From an uncultured archaeon (GTDB lineage Archaea > Iainarchaeota > Iainarchaeia > Iainarchaeales > 0-14-0-20-30-16), in contig CAZMGA010000028.1 in assembly GCA_964565725.1 (NCBI GenBank), forward strand, positions 1 to 5,891: DNA of 5,891 nucleotides. The letters run 5' to 3'. A model generated the notes under the pieces. That model made no database searches. It saw nothing but the letters and a program-made list of their open reading frames with translations, and was not told the origin of the DNA. Numbering within the stretch: the first letter of the stretch is position 1; every line of letters begins with the position of its first letter. Both the position numbers and the translations under genes were made by a program. Positions 1 to 4,911 of the stretch are shown piece after piece.

Positions 1-396
1 TTTTGCAAAATCAAAATGCCCTCCTCTTTCATCAGCGACATAAAATCTAAAACAAAAACCTTCTATCATATCTAATTTAGCTTGTGCGCTAGGCAAATTT
101 GAAATTGTACTTATTAATTGTTTTTCAGTAATTATTTTACCTTGTTTATATTCTATAGGCAAATCTTTATGTTCAAAAACTCTTAAAGATGCTTTACTAA
201 AATTAGGTTTTTTTATTTTTGGGTTTTTATTCACTTGTGTACATCTGTCAACTGAACATTCCCAACCCTCTGGCATTTTTGATACGCTTTCAATTTTTGG
301 CTTTTTTACATGATGTAAGGCACTATGACCAGTAGATAATCCTAATCCAGCTGCCAAAGCAATTGTAGCTATTTTAGATGTTCTAATTTTAGGCAT
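1..396 (-). CDS. Hypothetical protein, 3' end truncated at the window edge (132 codons visible)
   Basis: Reverse-strand ATG at 396..394, open to base 1: MPKIRTSKIATIALAAGLGLSTTGHSALHHVKKPKIESVSKMPEGWECSVDRCTQVNKNPKIKKPNFSKASLRVFEHKDLPIEYKQGKIITEKQLISTISNLPSAQAKLDMIEGFCFRFYVADERGGHFDFAK. Divergent from asnS with an AT-rich shared promoter region. Not in the supplied track, presumably because there is no stop inside the window. Confidence 0.7.
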   Translation of the reverse strand, partial: MPKIRTSKIATIALAAGLGLSTGHSALHHVKKPKIESVSKMPEGWECSVDRCTQVNKNPKIKKPNFSKASLRVFEHKDLPIEYKQGKIITEKQLISTISNLPSAQAKLDMIEGFCFRFYVADERGGHFDFAK

Positions 397-501
397 ATAA
401 TCACACTACATATATAATAAGTAAAACTATTTAAATAATTTATTAATATATAAAACAATATAAATTATTTGGAATATATATTATTTATATGAGGTGGTAT
501 A

Positions 502-1788
502 ATGAACATCAAAAAAATATTCATAGAAAAAGAATTAAATAAACAATATGAAATAAAAGGTTGGGTATATAGAATCAGAAAAATGAAAGATAAAATTTTT
601 ATAGTTATAAGAGATTCTTACGGAATCATTCAAACAGTATTTGATAATAATACTACCTCTTTTACAAATGCTGAAAAACTAAAAGTTGAAAGTTCTGTTA
701 TTATAAAAGGAATTTTAGAAAGAGAAGAAAAAGCACCAGGCGGATATGAATTAAAAGGAGAATCATTAGAAATTGTAAATGTAGGGGATGACTTTCCTAT
801 ATCAAAAGATTTTTCTGTTGAATTTTTAGCAGATAAAAGACATTTATGGTTAAGAAGTAGAAAAATAACTACTTTATTAAAAATAAGAAGTACAGCTATT
901 AAAGCAATTCACGAATATTTTGATTCACAAGATTTTTACGAATTTCAAAGTCCAATTTTACAATCAACTCAATGTGAAGGAGGTTCAGAATTATTTGAAG
1001 TAAAATATTTTGATAAAAAAATGTTTTTAACTCAAACTTGGCAATTACCTGCCGAAGCAGGAATATTTTCTTTAGAAAAAATTTATACTGTTTCACCAAC
1101 ATTTAGGGCAGAAAAATCTTTAACATCTAGACATTTAACTGAGTTTTGGATGATTGAAGCAGAAATGGCTTGGTACAATTTTGAAGATATGATTAACACT
1201 GGAGAAGCCCTAATAAAACACATTGTAAAAAGAGTTTTAGAAGAACATAAAGAAGATTTAGAAACAGTATTACAAAGAGATACTTCTAAATTATTAGCAA
1301 CAATTGAAAAACCATTTCCTAGAATTACATATGATGAAGCATTAAAATTATTGAAAGAAAAATGTAATTTTGAAGTAGAATGGGGAAAAGATTTAAGAAC
1401 ATTAGAAGAAGAAAAATTAGTTTCTTTGTATGATAGGCCAGTAATAGTTACAAGATACCCTAAATGTGTTAAAGCATTTTATATGAAAGAAGACCCTAAA
1501 AATCCAAATGTTGTTTTGGGAGCAGATTTTTTAGCACCAGAAGGATGCGGGGAAATTATTGGAGGAAGTGAAAGAGAAGAAAATATCAATTCAATAATTA
1601 AAAGATTAGAAGAGCAAGGTGAAGACCCAAAAAATTATGAATTTTATTTGGATACACGAAAATATGGAAGTGTACCTCACGCAGGATTTGGTATGGGTTT
1701 AGAAAGAGTAATAAGATGGATTGCAGGAATAGATACTATAAAAGATGCAATTGCATTTCCTAGAACCCCTACAAGAAATTATCCTTAA
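502..1788 (+). CDS. asnS: Asparaginyl-tRNA synthetase (class II, archaeal type)
   Basis: 428-aa ORF with a GAGGTGG Shine-Dalgarno at 491-497. N-terminal OB-fold-like anticodon-binding region. Class II motif 2 'TVSPTFRAEKSLTSRHLTEFWMIEAEMAW' and motif 3 'GAGFGMGLERVIRWIAGI' (GFGMGLER); 'EGCGEIIGGSEREE'; C-terminus 'AFPRTPTRNYP'. The AEKS...RHLTEFWM and FPRTP signatures favour AsnRS over AspRS. Confidence 0.95.
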   Translation: MNIKKIFIEKELNKQYEIKGWVYRIRKMKDKIFIVIRDSYGIIQTVFDNNTTSFTNAEKLKVESSVIIKGILEREEKAPGGYELKGESLEIVNVGDDFPISKDFSVEFLADKRHLWLRSRKITTLLKIRSTAIKAIHEYFDSQDFYEFQSPILQSTQCEGGSELFEVKYFDKKMFLTQTWQLPAEAGIFSLEKIYTVSPTFRAEKSLTSRHLTEFWMIEAEMAWYNFEDMINTGEALIKHIVKRVLEEHKEDLETVLQRDTSKLLATIEKPFPRITYDEALKLLKEKCNFEVEWGKDLRTLEEEKLVSLYDRPVIVTRYPKCVKAFYMKEDPKNPNVVLGADFLAPEGCGEIIGGSEREENINSIIKRLEEQGEDPKNYEFYLDTRKYGSVPHAGFGMGLERVIRWIAGIDTIKDAIAFPRTPTRNYP

Positions 1789-1795
1789 AATAAAA

Positions 1796-1894
1796 TTAAA
1801 TTGTAGGTTTGAAACCTACTTCTTGTTTTATTTTTAAATAAATTTTATATTCACCAAAACTTGCATCTTCTTTTACTAAATAATTATGCTTCAT
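1796..1894 (-). CDS. Possible 32-aa mini-ORF (MKHNYLVKEDASFGEYKIYLKIKQEVGFKPTI)
   Basis: ATG at 1894, TAA at 1798..1796. Starts 5 nt downstream of the stop of the 1900..2043 gene, with purine-rich GAGTGAG upstream. It overlaps the putative asnS terminator and is very short. Confidence 0.25.
   Translation of the reverse strand: MKHNYLVKEDASFGEYKIYLKIKQEVGFKPTI
1803..1836 (+). terminator. Intrinsic-terminator-like hairpin plus T tract downstream of asnS
   Basis: GTAGGT (1803-1808) / ACCTAC (1814-1819), 6-bp stem with 5-nt loop, followed by TTCTTGTTTTTATTTTT, 15 bp after the asnS stop. Confidence 0.55.
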
Positions 1895-1899
1895 TTATC

Positions 1900-2043
1900 T
1901 CACTCAATCCTCGGGATAAATATATTTTTACCTGTTTTTAGTTCTTCTTTGGCGTGTTTAGGACATAAATAAGTAGTCTTGGTTTCTTCTTTCAATACGT
2001 ATTCTGCGGGTTCTTTGCATTTTGAACAAGTTTGTTTAGCCAT
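1900..2043 (-). CDS. Small putative zinc-binding protein (47 aa, CxxC...CxxH)
   Basis: Reverse-strand translation MAKQTCSKCKEPAEYVLKEETKTTYLCPKHAKEELKTGKNIFIPRIE*. CSKC and CPKH are separated by an 18-residue spacer. AAGGGA purine-rich element upstream of the ATG. Not in the supplied track because it is short. Confidence 0.6.
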   Translation of the reverse strand: MAKQTCSKCKEPAEYVLKEETKTTYLCPKHAKEELKTGKNIFIPRIE

Positions 2044-2089
2044 AAATTTATCCCTTTTCTATTAATCCCATATAATATTCCTCAAATTA

Positions 2090-2100
2090 AAGGTATAAAC
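2090..2100 (-). promoter_or_regulatory. Putative archaeal TATA box upstream of the small zinc-protein gene
   Basis: Reverse strand GTTTATACCTTT, centred about 25 nt upstream of an ATG at 2071. Confidence 0.3.
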
Positions 2101-2110
2101 AAAGTTTTTC

Positions 2111-2944
2111 CTATTTTAATCTCCTTTTGGCTTCAAATAATAATTCTTCTGTTTCTTCAATTAATCCTTTATTTTTTGTAAGTTTTATGGATTCTTTAAA
2201 ATCAGATATTGCCTTTTCATATTGTTTTAAATTAAAGAATGTTAATCCTCTACTGTAATATTTATAGGTTGCTTGTTTATCTTCATTATTTTTGGTAGAA
2301 TTAATATATTCATTAAGTAATTCTAATGCATATTTATAATCGTGACGCTCTACAGCATAAACCCCTTCTTTATAAAACCACATTAATATCCAATCTTTGT
2401 CTTCGGGGCAATATTTAAGATTTAGTTCAACTAAATATTTAATATGTTTGGCAGGAACTAATACATCTATTTGATTACCAAATGTTTCAGGAGTAATTCT
2501 TCCATTATATTTTAGTAACATATAATATTTTCTTCTAACAATATTTTTAATGAAATCATTAGGAGTTTTTATAATATCTCTATTATAGATTTCATTATCT
2601 CTAATTAGGGGGTCAATAGTATTATTAGAATCATGAATATCATTTTCAGATTTCATAACAAAATCATCTATTTTTAATTTTGGATGGTTTGATTTTATAA
2701 TTTCGTCAACGGGAATTGTTTTTATGTAATTAAATAGTTTTTCAAGCTCATTTTTTCTTTCTAATGCGATTAATATTCCTGCTTTGGCATATATAAAAAC
2801 CAGATTATAAGGATATTTTAATAATACAGAATCTATTAATTTTATTGCATCATCGTCATTTCCATTAGATATTAATGTATTTATTTGTTTGTCTATTTGT
2901 TTTATTTTGTAATCTTTAATTTGGTTTTTTAAAAAATTAATCAT
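2111..2944 (-). CDS. Tetratricopeptide-repeat (TPR) protein, 277 aa
   Basis: MINFLKNQIKDYKIKQIDKQ... reads from 'cat' at 2942-2944 on the reverse strand, so the track's '+' label is wrong. TPR-like helical pairs include 'YKYYSRGLTFFNLKQYEKAISDFKESIKL' and 'GNDDDAIKLIDSVLLKYPYNLVFIYAKAGILIALERKNE'. Confidence 0.8.
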   Translation of the reverse strand: MINFLKNQIKDYKIKQIDKQINTLISNGNDDDAIKLIDSVLLKYPYNLVFIYAKAGILIALERKNELEKLFNYIKTIPVDEIIKSNHPKLKIDDFVMKSENDIHDSNNTIDPLIRDNEIYNRDIIKTPNDFIKNIVRRKYYMLLKYNGRITPETFGNQIDVLVPAKHIKYLVELNLKYCPEDKDWILMWFYKEGVYAVERHDYKYALELLNEYINSTKNNEDKQATYKYYSRGLTFFNLKQYEKAISDFKESIKLTKNKGLIEETEELLFEAKRRLK

Positions 2945-2973
2945 AATAATATTGGATATGGATATTTATTAAT

Positions 2974-3045
2974 TTATCTTTTCATCTCTTTAAGGACTTT
3001 AAGGCCTAAATCAGTCGTTTGGTAATATATGAAATTGTTAGATTT
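2974..3045 (-). pseudogene. Possible remnant of the C-terminus of a winged-helix regulator
   Basis: Reverse-strand open frame ending at TAA 2976..2974 reads ...LPKSNNFIYYQTTDLGLKVLKEMKR*. This resembles the common '..YYxLTDxGxxVLxxLKx' wHTH C-terminus. There is no start codon in the short open stretch and an upstream in-frame stop. Confidence 0.3.
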
Positions 3046-3050
3046 AGGTA

Positions 3051-3061
3051 AGTATATAAAA
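3051..3061 (+). promoter_or_regulatory. Putative TATA box for a leaderless transcript
   Basis: AGTATATAAAA, centred about 25 nt upstream of ATG 3081. No Shine-Dalgarno in between. Confidence 0.5.
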
Positions 3062-3080
3062 GTATTTGTTTATTTTTAAT

Positions 3081-3467
3081 ATGGGTATTTTTAGTAAAAT
3101 TAAACAAAACATTGTAGGTGATAATGAGGCTAAAAGAAATCCTATAATTATAAAGGAACGAAGATATTCTTGGGATGAAGTAAAGGAAGAATATTTTAAA
3201 ATTCATAAAGGATTAACTTGGATAGAAAGAATTGGTGAATTTGATCCTATTGATAATATAATTGTTAAGATAGATAATACAGGATATTTTTTTACAGACA
3301 TTGTTATGCTAAATAGAAAAAGAAGGTTTGAGGAAATTAAGAATATATTATTTGAATCTAAAAAAATAACTCTTAAATGGACTGATTATTGTGGTGATTT
3401 AATATCTATTTGGTATGCCGTAAAGTCTAAAGAAGATGTTGAAAAAAAGCTAAAATTATCAGACTAA
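3081..3467 (+). CDS. Hypothetical protein (128 aa)
   Basis: MGIFSKIKQNIVGDNEAKRNPIIIKERRYSWDEVKEEYFKIHKGLTWIERIGEFDPIDNIIVKIDNTG... The track starts at TTG 3066, but ATG 3081 fits the TATA-box distance better. Confidence 0.65.
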   Translation: MGIFSKIKQNIVGDNEAKRNPIIIKERRYSWDEVKEEYFKIHKGLTWIERIGEFDPIDNIIVKIDNTGYFFTDIVMLNRKRRFEEIKNILFESKKITLKWTDYCGDLISIWYAVKSKEDVEKKLKLSD

Positions 3468-3529
3468 TATATAATTTTAATCTATCTCTTCATTTTTTTT
3501 AAGAGCTTAAGCTTAATTTAGGTTTTATT

Positions 3530-3853
3530 TTAAATATTCTTCCAGAAAACGCCCAAAGAAATTGGGAGTGAAAATAGGGCTATACAACCAGATATTATTA
3601 AAACTATTAATGTTATTTTTGCGAAAAGGTATATTTTATTATTAGGGTATTTTGAATATCCCAAAATATAAAAAATATAAGGTATGCCAAAAATTATGAA
3701 AATTCCAAAAATATATCCAATAAGTTCGTTTACTAAAAGAGGGGTGTCTGAGTTTGTACCTAAAAATATTTGGGGTATTGAAATAAATGAAATTAATAAG
3801 AATCTAATTAAAACACCAATACTTGATATCCAAAAAAGAATTCTAAAAATTAT
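3530..3853 (-). CDS. Possible multi-pass membrane protein ORF lacking a usual N-terminal start codon (107 sense codons between stops)
   Basis: Reverse-strand frame reads IIFRILFWISSIGVLIRFLLISFISIPQIFLGTNSDTPLLVNELIGYIFGIFIIFGIPYIFYILGYSKYPNNKIYLFAKITLIVLIISGCIALFSLPISLGVFWKNI*. About three hydrophobic helices. Bounded upstream by TAA at 3856..3854. No ATG/GTG, and the first TTG comes after codon 60. Confidence 0.4.
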   Translation of the reverse strand: MIFRILFWISSIGVLIRFLLISFISIPQIFLGTNSDTPLLVNELIGYIFGIFIIFGIPYIFYILGYSKYPNNKIYLFAKITLIVLIISGCIALFSLPISLGVFWKNI

Positions 3854-3894
3854 TTAATGAATTAGAAGCACAAAAAACAAAGGAAAGTAGATTT

Positions 3895-4056
3895 GTGAAA
3901 CAATTAGATAAATTAGATGCATTTATTCAATCAAAAATATATTCGAAAAATTATAATTCTGATTATTTAGCATTTAAAAAAGATGTTGAAAAAATAACTA
4001 CTTATAAAGACATTAAAAATATTGTTAATAAAATACATATCAAATGGAGGGATTAA
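3895..4056 (+). CDS. Small hypothetical protein (53 aa), GTG start
   Basis: MKQLDKLDAFIQSKIYSKNYNSDYLAFKKDVEKITTYKDIKNIVNKIHIKWRD*. AAAGGAAAG upstream. Its TAA (4054-4056) directly abuts the next gene's ATG (4057). Confidence 0.5.
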   Translation: MKQLDKLDAFIQSKIYSKNYNSDYLAFKKDVEKITTYKDIKNIVNKIHIKWRD

Positions 4057-4533
4057 ATGAAATATTTATTTTTTATAGGATTAATTATTGGATTATTTTC
4101 AATAATTTTATTTTCAGGATGTGTTTCAAATAAACAACAAGATTTAACAAATAATGATTGGCAGAATCAACAAAAAAATGATTTATTAGATGATACAATT
4201 GGTGAAACTCAAGAACAAGTAAATGAAACAAATATAGAAACAGAATTAAAAGATAATGAAATTAAACATTGTGTTTGTCATTTAACTAATATTCAATATG
4301 ATTATTGGATTGCAAAGGAAGAATTAGCAAGAGAAACAACTATTGGAGGAAAAGTAAAAAATGTAATTAATAAAATAGAAAGTTGTGCAATAATAGATAA
4401 CATTCCAAAACAATGTGTTCCTGTTAATGATGTCGGTGGTTTTGAAGATTTAAAAAATGCATTTTTACAAGAAACAAAAACTATGAATTGTAATTGTGAT
4501 ATTATAGAATACAATTCAAAATATTTTAATTAG
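4057..4533 (+). CDS. Predicted secreted lipoprotein with Cys-rich C-terminal region (158 aa)
   Basis: GGAGGG Shine-Dalgarno upstream. N-terminus MKYLFFIGLIIGLFSIILFSGCVSNKQQ has a hydrophobic h-region and an [FS]GC lipobox. Low-complexity Q/N/E linker, then six further cysteines (HCVCH, ESC, KQC, NCNC). Confidence 0.75.
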   Translation: MKYLFFIGLIIGLFSIILFSGCVSNKQQDLTNNDWQNQQKNDLLDDTIGETQEQVNETNIETELKDNEIKHCVCHLTNIQYDYWIAKEELARETTIGGKVKNVINKIESCAIIDNIPKQCVPVNDVGGFEDLKNAFLQETKTMNCNCDIIEYNSKYFN

Positions 4534-4560
4534 GCAAATGCCTAATTCTTTTTTTATTTT
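4528..4560 (+). terminator. Intrinsic-terminator-like hairpin overlapping the lipoprotein stop codon
   Basis: Perfect 8-bp stem AATTAGGC (4528-4535) / GCCTAATT (4540-4547) with AAAT loop, then CTTTTTTTATTTT. The TAG stop codon lies inside the left arm. Confidence 0.7.
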
Positions 4561-4613
4561 AAAAAATCAAATGCGCCCAAGAAAAACACTGATTAAGGGA
4601 CTTCTTAGGTTTT

Positions 4614-4650
4614 TAATAAAGTTTTGCTTATAAATAAAGAAACTTTATTA
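4614..4650. repeat. 11-bp perfect inverted repeat immediately 3' of the tRNA
   Basis: TAATAAAGTTT (4614-4624) / AAACTTTATTA (4640-4650), 15-nt loop. Confidence 0.45.
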
Positions 4651-4723
4651 TGATCCTACGGAGACTCGAACTCCGGTCAAAAGCTCCGCAAGCTTTCATT
4701 CTATCCAACTAAACTATAGGACC
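4651..4723 (-). tRNA. tRNA-Arg, anticodon GCG, 73 nt, no encoded CCA
   Basis: Reverse strand: GGTCCTA TA GTTT AGTTGGATA GAAT G AAAGC TTGCGGA GCTTT TGAC CGGAG TTCGAGT CTCCG TAGGATC A. 7-bp acceptor (one G-U), 4-bp D stem, 5-bp anticodon stem, 5-bp T stem. The T-loop is TTCGAGT. A20 and C35, known arginine identity elements, are present. Confidence 0.95.
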
Positions 4724-4759
4724 AATAAAATATAAAAGAAATTAGATTAGATAAATATA

Positions 4760-4791
4760 AAAATAGAAAAAAATGAGAATAAATCTCATTT
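4760..4791 (-). terminator. Intrinsic-terminator-like hairpin for reverse-strand transcription (dnaG side)
   Basis: AAATGAG (4771-4777) / CTCATTT (4785-4791), 7-bp stem with 7-nt loop. On the reverse strand it is followed by a T-rich tract (CTCATTTTTTTCTATTTTTA). Confidence 0.5.
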
Positions 4792-4824
4792 ATATTTTAA
4801 AAAATAAAACTACGTATCATATTC

Positions 4825-4884
4825 ATGAACGTCTAAGCCTCTGAATGGCTTGTGAAGGCAAGAGCTTCTGAGGTATTTGACGTT
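4825..4884. ncRNA. Candidate structured RNA element between tRNA-Arg and dnaG
   Basis: Locally GC-enriched (23/50 G+C over 4831-4880 in very AT-rich surroundings). Nested complementarity: AACGTC/GACGTT (4828-4833/4879-4884), CCTC/GAGG (4838-4841/4870-4873), GAA/TTC (4843-4845/4866-4868), CTTG/CAAG (4849-4852/4859-4862). Confidence 0.4.
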
Positions 4885-4911
4885 TTTAAGCGTCAAACTC
4901 AAAAACGTCAA
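4877..4911. repeat. 11-bp perfect inverted repeat spanning the dnaG stop codon
   Basis: TTGACGTTTTT (4877-4887) / AAAAACGTCAA (4901-4911), 13-nt loop. Confidence 0.7.

Noticed and set aside
899-1102. 67-aa reverse-strand ORF inside asnS
   Set aside because: Fully antisense to a confident synthetase gene, with low-complexity K/L/I/F composition typical of AT-rich shadow ORFs.
3006-3206. 66-aa reverse-strand ORF overlapping the 3081 gene
   Set aside because: F/Y/I/N-rich shadow ORF, largely antisense to the better-supported + strand gene with a TATA box.
3502-3518. Short palindrome AGCTTAAGCT between convergent ORFs
   Set aside because: Only about 10 bp with no loop and AT-biased; expected by chance and not a convincing terminator.
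4302-4514. 70-aa reverse-strand ORF inside the lipoprotein
   Set aside because: TTG-started and antisense to a gene with a Shine-Dalgarno, lipobox and terminator.
4577-4640. Possible 20-aa ORF MRPRKTLIKGLLRFLIKFCL on the + strand
   Set aside because: Very short, no Shine-Dalgarno, lies after a terminator-like hairpin, and no recognisable similarity.
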